Of a DNA stretch of 64,000 nt, positions 1 through 12,328 are shown one piece after another. Origin of the DNA: Vermamoeba vermiformis (taxonomy: Eukaryota); contig JBEWZL010000257.1 in NCBI GenBank assembly GCA_045837725.1, positions 62,001-126,000 of the forward strand, written 5' to 3'. The notes below the pieces were generated by a model that made no database searches, was not told the origin of the DNA, and saw nothing but the letters and a program-made list of their open reading frames with translations. The translations under genes and the position numbers were made by a program. Position 1 is the stretch's first letter, and every line of letters begins with the position of its first letter.

Positions 1-309
1 CGGCAGCGTTAGAAATCTATCTTCTTCGGCTAGAACGAACGGTTGTTGCATTGTGGTGAAATTCACTCGGGAAAAAGATTTTGCACTAATTTTTTGCAAT
101 TAACACACGCGTTTCAATTTTCTTACGCTTTCGGAGTAGCTCCGTAACATACCAAACTCTTACTATATTGCATATCTTCGTCGATAAAGCACTCTTAACG
201 TATTGAATTTAACAACCAAGATCTGTGGCTGGATATGCAATCGGATCCAAACCACAAATTTATCGTATTAACAATATTTTACTCTTATTTACAAATATTA
301 CAATGCATA

Positions 310-1681
310 TTACCCGTAATTTCGTAGTTTTTCGCCTTCAGCCTGCACAAACGCTTCATCAATATCATCTTGCGAGAATTCTTTTCCTTTGAATTCTTCC
401 AAGTCAATTTCTCCGTCTTCAAAGCTCTTAATAATTCTAGGAACTTCTTTGTCGATAAAATAGAACGGCAATGACTGGTACATGGACGGACAAATCACGG
501 TATAATCCAACACTATCTTGTTGATGTCCTTATATAATATTGCTGCCGTTTTTAATGCGTTTTCCCATAATGCCTCACGTTCTCTTCGTAAAATTTCTAA
601 TTGACGATTGTATTCTGCCTGTAATTGCGCCTGAAAAAAAATCAAAAAATTTAAAAAAATTCCTCTGTGGCTCACGAAACCACTAATAGGACATAAAATA
701 ATATATATAATAGTATTAGTATTATTATATTAATATTTGGACTAATTACCTCAAATTTCTTGCGCTGTTCAGGAAAGAATTTGTTGAAAATGTAGTTTGC
801 TATCTTGCTCTCAAAGCGATTTGCGTCGCTGAAATCTGGCTTAGGCAATGGCTCGTGAATATCCCTATTTAGTAAACCGGTTAATTATTGCTTTAAAATG
901 CGAGATCCAAATCCGATCGAAAAAACTTTCGGACATTTGTTAACTTGGGAATTAAAATATTCTATTAGTTGGCTTACTTTAAGAAGCAAAAATAATATGT
1001 TTGCTTGAGCATGCCACGAGTAATGCGTAATTCAGTTAAAATATGGTTTTTCATTCGGATCCACATTGGCACGTATCTACAATTGATAAAATTAATACTA
1101 CGACGGATTGCTATATAAATATGATAAGACATGCCCTCTACGAGCCATAAAATCCTCCTGAAAGTTTTTTGAGCCCATCCGTTTAGATTTGACGTAAGTT
1201 GAGCTTGATGCGCTTGGCTTTCCACTCGGCTTTGTGCCAAGCAATACATAATCATCTTCGTCATCCATATCTTGCAAATATGCTAATTTCTCGCCTAGTA
1301 ATTGCCATTAAAATTCAAGAACGTGACCAGATACAGTTGACAATTTATAAAAAAACAATAAAAAATTTAAAACAAAAGCCAATAATTATATTGCTCGTGC
1401 AAATTTTTCGCATATCAACGACAGTAATTTTAGTATAATTATTTCTACGAACCTTGCTTTGCTGGCGGATTTCTTTTCAGACCTTCTCGAATAATCAGAT
1501 CTATTTGCTTCTGGCGCGTTAAAATAGTCGCAACGCCCATAATATTAATATTATCTACATTATGTACAACTGTTCTTCTTCTGATTGTCGGAAATAACGA
1601 CGGAGATCGCGCCAATGATCCGTTCTTTTGGATTTTGCTTACAAATGAGTTCACGCCACGAAAGACAGCTGTTTTGTTCAT
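310..1681 (-). CDS. Spliced gene of unknown function, possibly mitochondrially targeted
   Basis: ORF pieces 1445-1693, 974-1264, ~750-864 and 310-631 are flanked by plausible splice sites. The N-terminus MNKTAVFRGVNSFVSKIQKNGSLARSPSLFPTIRRRT is R/S/K-rich and lacks acidic residues, like a presequence. Exact exon structure is uncertain. Confidence 0.55.
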
Positions 1682-2118
1682 TGCAAATACCACGACAATA
1701 CTGACATAAATATTGTTGCTGAAATCATTGTGGTCACGCAGTCATGACGCACAAAAAATGGATGTTATCGCGCGACCTTTTTCAACGAGGGTAAAGGAGA
1801 GTTAATTATCTCTTATAAGTCAAATCAAAAGTACAACAGGTAAAGGTACTGCAAGTTCTACCACTGCTAGAGGTTTAAATCAGTTTCCATCAGGGTGATC
1901 TCCAATCAGTTATGCTCGATCTGAGTAACCGATTTATCGAAACACAATTTTTTAATGTTGTCGTTAACTCCTTTAAAGACATACTCATGCCCATACTCAA
2001 CTGAATCTCCAATAATCTCGTATGACATCGACGGTCATACTTGCCAAAAATAGAAAATATAAAATGATTTCAACGGCTAAACTTTCAATTATACTCAAGA
2101 GTGGCAAGTAAACGCAAC

Positions 2119-3922
2119 ATGAAGTTAATTGTTATCTTGTTAGCTGCCGTACTCGCGGCAGTTTCGGCAGTGGATTACGATGGCTATGCTGTTATGCCTT
2201 ACTGCTTTAATGTGACCAACGGCCGATTTAATCTGGATGGTGAGGTGGTTCAATTCGCTGCCTTGCAAATTTGGGGACTCAACAACGCTGTTTTTGTCAA
2301 CGGCATGAACCTAGGTAAATATTCTGAACGCTGACTTAACGGATTTACAATTAAATAAATTTTGCAATATTTTAACGACAATAATTTAGGGTTGGATAGC
2401 AACGCTTACTGGGCTCATGACATGCAAAGAAACGCATCGTTTTTGCAAGCAGATGGCCAGACTACCAACGGCACTCTCAATCCCTTCCTCTACAAAGCTG
2501 CCTACTGGGACTTTGGCATAGCAGGAGATGTATTCTACACGTACGGACTTGGAGATGGAACTTGGGACACGGTCGATCTGGCCATGGCTTTCGCTTTCAA
2601 TCAAACGAATCTGAAAGTGGACAACACTAGCAACTTGAACATTTACTGCCACCCTAATGGTGTTGAAGTACATAACGACAATACTCTTAACGACCTTGAA
2701 GTCGTGCAGCACTTCTACGCGGCTAAGTGTAAGCATCCAAAAATAGATCGGTATATTAATTGAATTTAACTTACCGAAAATAATAGGGAAATATGACAGT
2801 TGGGGACGCGTCGTTGCAGTGGTCACTAATCCTACCAACGCTGATATCTCCGTCAAACTTGGTTTCAATAACAACGCTGGTGCGGATGGCGATACCCAGT
2901 ACCTCGTTAAGAACTCTCGTTATCTCGTACTGTAAGTATAATACCTAATTATATGACGCTATTATTACTGAAATTAAAGATAACGATCTCGGCTAGTCCC
3001 CGAAAATAGTGATTCGATTTAATTTCTTTTCTTGGCGGGAAAAAGAACTGTTACAAACGGAGTGATTACTTACGATCGAATTCTATATAGAGCTGATGCA
3101 GCGAACGATACTGCGCTTCAATCATATAACCAAGGCTTTGGCGACAACCCAATCTCGCTGCATTGGCTGAGCAAAGACACCACGTACCCCGCGCCAACAT
3201 TGGCAGACAAACCTTTGGGCAGTCCTGAAGATGTGAACGTGTACTGGGACGTGACGATCAAGGCCGGTGAAACACAGTCGTTCATGATGATTTTGGTCCA
3301 AAACAGATTAGTCCTGCAAGAAACTTTTGACAACGCGACTTACATTGACTCTAACCCTATGAAGATCTACGACAGTAAGTTCCAATACCGATATCGCTTC
3401 ATATGTAAAGTCTAGCCGTCACTCTCATCGTGATATGCCATATATCAATATATACGGCGATGATGTATCTCATTGGATCTGACGTAAAGTGCTCGTCTAG
3501 ACGACATTTTTTCACGGCTGAATGAATGAGTTCTAACGAGCAATTTTTTCGCAGGTTTGTCCTCAGATGTATTGTCAACTCTTAAGAACTTCAATGCATG
3601 TGCAGCCACAGCACCAACAGTGACAGTGACCGAGACTTCGTCGTGCACCGTTGCAGGAGGCTCAGCATCACTCACCATTACTGACTACGATCTGTCATTC
3701 GGTCTCGTGCTCGTTGATAGCACTGGCGCGCAGCACAGCGTAGTCAACAATGTCGTGTCTGCACCTGAAGGCGACTACAGCATTGTCGTGTCGCTCTTCT
3801 CGGGCTGTGAACCTGAGATTCACTCGGGTTCTGTCTCGTGTCCCGCTAAAACTAGCTCGTCATCTCGTTATGGAGTCGCCGCTATTTTGATGCTTGCTCT
3901 TTCGTTTGTCTGGTTATTTTAA
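2119..3922 (+). CDS. Secreted, probably GPI-anchored cell-surface protein (multi-exon, unknown family)
   Basis: Signal peptide MKLIVILLAAVLAAVSA; exons joined by GT-AG introns (e.g. 2315-2389); C-terminal SSSSR followed by the hydrophobic tail YGVAAILMLALSFVWLF. Confidence 0.75.
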
Positions 3923-4996
3923 TTAAAAATAAAAAATAAGGAAATTATTAGAAAAATGAGGATTGCCTGATTAGCCATTACACTTGCCTTGCGCATTATA
4001 TTTCATCGTTGATATAATTAATGGAATACAAATAATACTTTGTATCCTTCGTCTTGTGTTAGTGAAATGAAACTGAGGGTAAAACTAGTCCGTCATTCTT
4101 TTCTGCAATAATACGTCAAGTGCACAACACCTAAACTGCGTTAATTGTACGAAGACGAGCGTAAGCGAAATTTATTGCAGGTATGCGTGGATCGATCTCA
4201 CAAATGGCGCGCACTCTCGAAAAGCTTCCGTAAATTGGCTTTTTCCGCAATTCCTGCGTATAAAAATACGAGATGAATTATAACGGTAGATACCATTTTT
4301 TTTCTAATTTTGTATTTGAGATGCGCACATCTGAAAGCTGAAGCACACAAGTATTGATTTAGCTGCTTACTAGTTTGTAATTTTTTTAACAGTGCATCTA
4401 ATCGTTTTTTCAACAGAGCTCTTGAGACGCTTTTCGAGCAGATGCCGTCAAAACATGCTACAGATCATAGGAATTGCAGCCAATTAAGGTATTTTGGTAA
4501 ATCAACATGGTTTAACACGATAAATGAAAGATATTGTCATTTAAACGCCTCAGGAATCCTTATTCCTTATTTGGCAAAATGCCCGACGTCCGATGATAAC
4601 GGCTTACGATTTAAACAACATCAACTGCGTTGGTAGTCTACTTACGCTTATGTTATTATATTAAAAAATGCCTTCTAGCGTGTATATAGCGTACTCGAGC
4701 GAAGAACAGCACACAATATAATGAATTACGTGGATTTCGGAGTAATAACCATAAAAGGTACTGATCGCAAGCTATAAATCGTATCAACTGATAATTTATA
4801 TATAATTTACTAATTGACACCGATAACACCATTTGAAGGAGCTGAATCAAACGTAAGTTTTAAGTTTAAAAATTCAGGCGGATCCTGGCAGTTGCCTTAG
4901 ATTAGAATCAAACAGGAATATGCCTTCTCTTAGTATTTTATATCAAGAAATAGTTACCGCAGAATAATTTATTAATAATTGCTATCTGATAGTGAA

Positions 4997-6970
4997 ATGG
5001 GAGTCGCAGACAAATTAAAACAAGTCAAGCCCTGGATGTGGGGAGTTGGCGCAGCAGGAGTAGCCGTCATAATTATCGTCATCGTAGTTCCTGTCGTAGT
5101 CATAGGCCAGCAGCAGCAACAAGGCAGTTCTGGCTCTTGGACCGATCCACTGACCAACACCAACGGCGAGATCAATTGGGATTGGTATCGCTACGTAGCC
5201 GAGAACTACAACACTAAGAACATAACAGACTGGAGATTTGGTCCAAAATACTCGAACTTTCATTCCGAATCCGAATCCTTTCCGACAGTCTATCAACCTT
5301 ACCCCGATGGCCTCGTAGCGGTCAATACGAAACATAATTGGTGCCGCGTTGAGCCTGGCGAGGATGGAGACCCTGGCGCAGGTTGGATAACTTCAGGCCA
5401 GATGCTTTTTATTCCCGACGAATCTGCGGATGGAGACTTCAAGTACGGCTGTTCGAATATGCGAAACTCCGATGGTGCTATTTCATTCACTGACGACGGT
5501 CTTTGCATGAGAATACGCTCAGAGTGGCGAGCTGATTGGTGGAATAGAAATGCTATCAGCGTTCCCGGAACACCTGCAGTAGCACAATACGCCAACATCA
5601 GCAACGGTCAGTTGGCTATTCCACCCGTGGCAATTGCACGTGGTGCCGGAGGTGCCTCCGTAACTGGATTCATCGCATTTAAAAACGGTTTGATTGGCGC
5701 TGCTGGTACCGGCAATGACGGATATGCCGCTGAAGACTTCAATTCTTTGACGGCCCAACTCGATGCGAACAAGTATCCAACAGCCATGGTAGTCACAAAC
5801 AACAACGAATTTGTCTTTGTAACCACGTGGGACCCTCAAGAACGCAAGGGCCAGATCGCCGTCTTGGCCGTGAAGAACCGACAAAATGCCCAAGAAACTC
5901 GATTCTATTGGGGATTTCCAGGCTGGCCTATCATCCGTGGCGTTAAGCTTCTCGGCTACATCGATCTTCCATTCGCTGCGCCGCTCTCTATCGATGTCAC
6001 GGTCAGTACAGTCCTTGGCAACACCCGTGGATTCGGCACCAACGTAGATACTGGCGATTTTTCCGTGCAAGCCAACCGGGACTTGTGGTTCAATCGCACG
6101 TGGACAGATGTCAATAATGACAAGTGGAAGCAAACAGCGCAATCTGGCTACGTTATTGTGGCCTCACGTGCTGAAAACAAAGTCGCGTTTGTGGACCTCA
6201 GACCGCTGCTTCAATATTATCGCAAGATGTACTTAACTACTCAAGAAAACTACGATCAAACAACAAACGAAGGTTCAGCTGAAAATCAATGGCCGTTCAG
6301 TTTCAAATATGCACCGGAACAAGTCCCCGTCGTCGTGAAAGTTCTTGACATTGAAGAGCCAACAGCTGTTTCGACGGGCACTTGGTGGAACACACCGACC
6401 GTGCCCCGGTCTGAAAGTAAGCACGAACAACAGCTGCCGCTAATGACAGCTTATATTGCTTCAATGGACGGCACTGTGCGCATGTACAACGTCACCAGTT
6501 TGATCATTCCTGATGCCCCAGCGGATGTACCCGACGAGCCGTGGAACACATTCCAAGTCGGAAAAAATCCTACGCAGATCTTCCACGGATTTTTCAGCAC
6601 TGCCAATGATGACTTGCAGATTGTGTGTCGTGGCGATCGATCGATCTATTACGTCTTTTACAACGGAACAATTACGGAGGTGCTCCGAGACTCGAGAATT
6701 CAAGATCCAGTCAACGTGTACGTGTCAATCAATTACGCTGGATACGGCGGTAGAGGTCCAGGCAAAGCTATTTACTCCTTCGTTATGTCCGTGATGGATT
6801 TTGAAGGCAAACAAGTGCTCGCGTACATGGTGAATGATTTGCGAAACAACAATGGCGAGTCAGTTAACTACACTAATCCGAATACTGGCGAAGAATTGAA
6901 GTACATGTTCGGCTGGGCTAATCCGACTAAAGGTTATCCATTTATGGCCAACGCTGATGAAGTCATTTAA
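4997..6970 (+). CDS. Intronless type II membrane protein with a large beta-rich ectodomain, bacterial-like hypothetical
   Basis: Single 657-aa ORF; N-terminal TM segment GVGAAGVAVIIIVIVVPVVVIG; remainder G/W/N-rich with several NxS/T sequons; no introns. Confidence 0.8.
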   Translation: MGVADKLKQVKPWMWGVGAAGVAVIIIVIVVPVVVIGQQQQQGSSGSWTDPLTNTNGEINWDWYRYVAENYNTKNITDWRFGPKYSNFHSESESFPTVYQPYPDGLVAVNTKHNWCRVEPGEDGDPGAGWITSGQMLFIPDESADGDFKYGCSNMRNSDGAISFTDDGLCMRIRSEWRADWWNRNAISVPGTPAVAQYANISNGQLAIPPVAIARGAGGASVTGFIAFKNGLIGAAGTGNDGYAAEDFNSLTAQLDANKYPTAMVVTNNNEFVFVTTWDPQERKGQIAVLAVKNRQNAQETRFYWGFPGWPIIRGVKLLGYIDLPFAAPLSIDVTVSTVLGNTRGFGTNVDTGDFSVQANRDLWFNRTWTDVNNDKWKQTAQSGYVIVASRAENKVAFVDLRPLLQYYRKMYLTTQENYDQTTNEGSAENQWPFSFKYAPEQVPVVVKVLDIEEPTAVSTGTWWNTPTVPRSESKHEQQLPLMTAYIASMDGTVRMYNVTSLIIPDAPADVPDEPWNTFQVGKNPTQIFHGFFSTANDDLQIVCRGDRSIYYVFYNGTITEVLRDSRIQDPVNVYVSINYAGYGGRGPGKAIYSFVMSVMDFEGKQVLAYMVNDLRNNNGESVNYTNPNTGEELKYMFGWANPTKGYPFMANADEVI

Positions 6971-7019
6971 ATGTTTGTCAAATAAATTAGTAAATTAGCG
7001 CTATCCAAAAGGAGCACTT

Positions 7020-10000
7020 TTATTCTAACCTAAAAATCACTAATCTATCACGAACTATTAAAAATCTTAAAACAAAGCAAGACCAATAATCGCCAACGTG
7101 ACAACACTGAGCCAAGTCAACAGAAACAGCCAAACTACCCACTTCTTGAGAAGAATTATCTACAATAATATCACCAGTAGCAGATCCAGGCAAGGTGAAA
7201 GCAATTGGCGTGTTTGAATAACTGGCCGGTGGCAGAGTCAACACGTTAGTGCTCGATGGTTGAACGACATTTGACATTGGGGACATGTTTGACGCGTCAT
7301 CGAACGAGAACAACGCAATGTATGTTGGAGCTGTCGCGTTTGAGTCAAAGTAGAAGTATTGATAATTTCCTAATTAAGACGCTGGTTAGATTTAATCTCG
7401 AAAAAAACTCCACTTCATACCGTTGCGATAGAAAGGTCCTTGGCCGAATGGAACTCCGACAGCTGATGCTGCCCACCAGTTGCACACAGATTGATTGAAA
7501 CTAGCCTTTGGGACTATCGGACGAGCACAATGGACGGCATGATAACGCACTGAATTACGAAGTTAACACGATAATTCAATCGTTAATCAAGTCCTATCGT
7601 ACCTGCAGTAGCCACAGGAGTCCATCTAAACACCACTCGTGTGTCACCTGCTTTGCGATAAGCAACGAGATCCGTGACTTTGTTGGGCGGTTTTTTGTCG
7701 TCACGAGTGTGGTTTTTCACGCGAATGAAGAGTCTGGATAATAGATCGTTAGTGCCTCGTAATGCATGCATAATGACGAATATTACCTATTCTCGAACTG
7801 TCCGGTCCATTTTCTGAATTCTCCCCAAGGTCTATCACCGCCATTCAAACCAGCTCGGACGTACTAATGAAATGTTACCACTAAGCAGACATAAATATAC
7901 TATATATACTTACGTTGATGGTATGGTTAATGAACCAGTCATGGCCCGTGATCAAGTACACGAACATTTCTGGGTCAACCAAAGTCAACGCCGTGTTGGC
8001 AGAGGTTGAATTCGGATACTGTCCGCGATTTCTATAATCAGGGAATTGACCGTAGTTGTAGTTCCAATCAGCCAAGCCGTACAAATGGTTGAACGCTTCA
8101 GCCATGTATTGAGCGTACGTGTCATTTGTTGTTGCGCCGTACATAAGCTCTAATTCAAAACGATAAGTCAACATAACACACTTATAATCAAACGACTGCA
8201 GATTGGTACAGAAGGTGTAAATGTCAAAATGTCACTTGTCAAAAGTGTCAAAAGTGTCAATTCTACGGTCATACCGCTCCAGTAGTTAGCATTCCATCGC
8301 ATGAGGTATCCAGTTTGATAACCAGCAGTAGTCGAGTCACCGTAGTAAGGGTTCGTTGTAGGCACGACGTAATTGCGGAAATAAACCGCCATTTGATTGA
8401 TGATGCGCAAGTCACCTGTTGCTTTGAACGCTGACAACGCATGATTCAAGGCATGACCCATCCCTCGGTGGCTCACTGATGAGTAGCGTTAGACATTAGT
8501 CTATTTTTCATTGCACGTACTGTCAGGAACAGGGTCTTTTTGGTGCAATCTGACTTGTCTGAACTGCGCGACAAATTTCATCCAGTCTTTGTACCACAAG
8601 TTGCCAGTCAGATAGTAGGCCTCGTCAACATGGTAAAACCATGCTGTTATAAAGTTAGTCTTTTTAAAATTAAATAGGGCTAAATAGGCCCTACCATGCT
8701 CGTCATCTCTCGCGTCATAGATTCGAAGGGTGCCGTTGAAAATGGGTGCTGTCACCACCGGAACTACGTCCGCAGGCCGTAAAATATATTAAAGATTGTC
8801 ATTAAGCTAGGAGGTGTTCACACTTACACCTAGAAACTGTCTCCAATTGCCTTCACAGTAGCCGTTTTCAGTTAACTTCACTGCAGGAAAATCCTTGAAA
8901 TAGTCGTAGTGCGCAAGCCTTTAGAATTGTTAGAACAATATAAACGAATAATTTTTTACGACTTACCATTGAGGACGAAGATTCAGCTCACCAATAATGT
9001 AATTTCTTGCCATGAAGTAGTCCGCAGGATCTTCCGAAGCGATCACATTGGCAGCTGCGTCGGGCCAACTACCAGGAACGCAGCTGTTAGCACGGTATAT
9101 ACCCTTGGGGTCTCCAAACGTAGACATGGTATGAAATTGCAAGTCAGGGGCATCCTTTCTCACACGAATATCTGCCATTCGTTAGATGAAATTCCCTAAT
9201 TTTCCGCGTGTCAAAAGTGTCACTTACTCGTAGGATTAGAAGGAGCGTCAATCGGTACAGCACCGCCCAGATCCAATGTAGCTTTTGTCTGTGCATACCA
9301 GCTCGTGGGTACAATAGCAACAGGGGGGTTGTGGAATAATTTGATGACGTTCGTAACAGACTCAGACGACACATTTGCATTGTGGAAGTATAAGAACGAC
9401 TCCTTGTAGATGTGGGTCATGTCAGCTAAGTAATACAGACCAGAAGGGTTGAGACCCCATGGCTTGAAAATACTCGTCCACGTGGCTGAGCCCCTTGGGA
9501 ACAGTTGCAGTGAAACTTTGTTGCCGGCCGCTTGCAGAGCATTAGGCCATCGCTCCCAGAAATGACGAATAGTCGATGTTACGGCAACATTAGAGCTCGT
9601 GTCTTGAAGTGACAGCCAAACAAAGTTGCTTTGATTGTTCACGGACTTGACAACTGATTCGCCGTCGTACAAATCTCCTTTCAACAGTCCACTTTGGAAC
9701 AAACGAACATTGGGATAGCTTCCCACCTTCTCATATACGGATCTATAAATAATCGTTAATGTAACGCTGGTGAGCACCACGAAATTTCACTACATACTTG
9801 TCAGCCATGCCCACCCGAACACGGTTAGTGTTGAAATTAGTCAAAGTGAATTCGACGTTCATCTCTTTGAAGTAGAGGTACCACGAGAGAGGAACTTTTG
9901 CAGAGTTTTGCACTTGGTAGTCGAGGTACACGAATGGTTTGCCCGCGTAAGCGTACAAACGAACCGCTGCTCCACGCTTCAATAGGCCTCTGCATACATT

Positions 10001-11020
10001 GTTAAAAATAACGAAATTTCAGTAAGAGACTCTCGTAAACTTACACGTCAGTTCCGTTATAGAGTGTCGGATAGTCCACGCGAATGACCGCTCGAAGAGG
10101 ACCACTTTCTTCAACTTCCCACGTCAGATCTGACCTTTGTGCATCGTACTGAGTGCTAGTACCGTCTCTTTCAATAAGTACACCACCGTTCTGGAAAAAT
10201 GATTAGTATTGGATCTGGGTATCACATTCGACAGGCATACCTTTGCATTGTGAGAAATGACTTTTTCTTTGTCTTCAAAGACTTTGTTACCGTTAGCATC
10301 AAACCACAGCTCGTTGATGACGGTGAAAGCACTTTTGCGAAGAACAAACTTCAACGGACCCTAATTATTGACAGAATCAGAAACCACGTGTTAAAAATCA
10401 CGTGCCGACAAGAATCACTCACCGTAATAACAATAGTAGCGTTAGACGTATCTTGTACCGTAACTGGAACTGCAGGGCGCAATGCTTGTCCGGACAAGTC
10501 ATCGCGGACAAAGTACTGCTGGATACCGCTCGTCGGAGTCCTAAAGGAAAACGAATAAATTAAAAACTTTGACTTTCAGACCGCTAAATTTCGTTTCGCT
10601 TGCCCGCTAAACGCTGGCACAGATGGCTGGAAGTGCACCGTGACGTGACGAAGATACTGCGGGGTCGCCGTCCAATATCTGTTCAAGACCTCAAATTGAG
10701 CTGGAACTGCGGTGCCATTTTCATCCACCACGCGAAGTTTCTGAGTGTCAGTGAGTGCGCCAAAGGGAAGCGGGAGTACGAGTGTGACAGGGACTATAAA
10801 ACAAAAAGTAATTAACCTAGTTTGAAGATGAGGGTGTTTATGCCGTACATCCATCGGTGCCTGTCCAAGCAGTTTCTTTCACCGTGATTGGTACATTTAG
10901 TAGCATTGCCGAGCCTATCAAAAGAGCATTTAGCCAACAGAAAGTTAAGATGGTTGTAAGCGAGTTTGAATTACCGAACAAGGCTATGAGCAACAATATC
11001 GTACGCTGCATCGTAGTCAT
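7020..11020 (-). CDS. Large secreted/anchored protein with PcRGLX/YetA-like (RIFT-barrel) N-terminus, putative polysaccharide lyase-like
   Basis: Spliced N-terminus reads MTTMQRTILLLIALFGSAMLLNVPITVKETAWTGTDGFPVTLVLPLPFGALTDTQKLRVVDENGTAVPAQFEVLNRYW..LRHVTVHF, the pattern of PcRGLX-like N-terminal domains. It has at least a dozen short introns and an FN3-like end YIALFSFDDASNMSPMSN. The family call is from motif recall. Confidence 0.65.
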
Positions 11021-12328
11021 GCAGTTGTTGCAATAATTTCACGAACGAAAAGAATATAAAAAACTCTCGCAACAGAAAGACTTTTATAACCGGCCCAAAT
11101 GAGAATCTTACTGCGATCCAGGACCATGCCACGGAATTTCGTGAAAAATCGATGCTAATGGCACCGGACGTATATAATGTACCGCGCAATCGTATCCGTC
11201 CTCTTTGAAATTTACCTAATCTGACATACTGTCATGCGAAAACATCTTCGTACAGATACACCCTACCGAAAGGTAACTCCGTTAATGATTACGCTAGTCT
11301 TGAAAGGGACTTGTAGCATAAGCAATCAAGTTAGAGGAATACGGGTGGACCTACTATGGGAGAGAATCCAGAGCTGTCACGTCGCATCGTGCTGACAGTA
11401 ATATTGAAAATGTTCTTCTGTTGCTAGCGGACCTATTGTCATGTCAATGATGGTGTCTAATCGAAGACTTCTTCTCGTTTCGCTAGTCACATAAACAAGC
11501 TGGTTCGCCGCTACAAAAGACCAGATCCGGTTAGCGAAATCTTTCCTACCGCAAGACAATGGCGTTAGAACTGTGAATGTATAGGGAAATACACTTACAC
11601 TAACGATACACTTTAATATGGCAGATGCAAAAACACGGTAAATCTGCACGTCACAAATCAAAAGGTTGCACGCACCGAAAGAGTCCTAAATCCGAGTTCT
11701 AGTCACCGGAATAGCTGTATTGTGTTCCTTTTGTGCCATCAAACGAGATCATAATTCGAGAAAAAGCTTTTCTTTCTGTTGAAAAGAAAGTCGGACTCGA
11801 ACTTAACAAGTGTTGAAGGGGATCTCCACATCAAGACCTATTTAATCAAGACACTGTTAGCGCGTCCATTAATGGTAGCAACGCTGCTAATCAGTGTTCA
11901 AGCTGCTAAGATTACATCAATTCTAAGTTAACTTAATTTAATTTGAAATTCTTTTGCACTCGGCTTCGAACGAAATACTAATTACTTAATATTATTATTT
12001 TTCTAATAATTGTACTATTATTATTTTATACCCGAATTATTTTTTTGTTCGATTGTAATAAATAAAATTGGGCAGTGGTTTCGACCACAGGGTCGAGCTA
12101 TCCTTCTTGGCTATAATTACGTACTTAATTATCGTAGTGGTACTGAAAGTGAAGCTTTAATTGTGTTCTTATTGAATTGCGCGCTTTACAAACCAAAAAA
12201 CTTTTCGTTTCTTTTTTTAAAAAGTCAAGACGAGTCCTATACGCAACAAGTGAGCACTTACTTACTTACGTGAGCACTTCAACTATAATGTAATCATTAC
12301 ATTTTACTTCTTGGAGAACGATTTAACT

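Noticed and set aside
4000-4900. Short ORFs (4198-4413, 4442-4636, 4656-4850)
   Set aside because: No recognisable motifs or consistent splice chain; treated as intergenic.
11200-12300. Moderately GC-rich stretch with ORFs 11377-11661 and 12010-12273
   Set aside because: Frames I tried hit stops and show no motifs or terminal repeats; I cannot support a gene or element.
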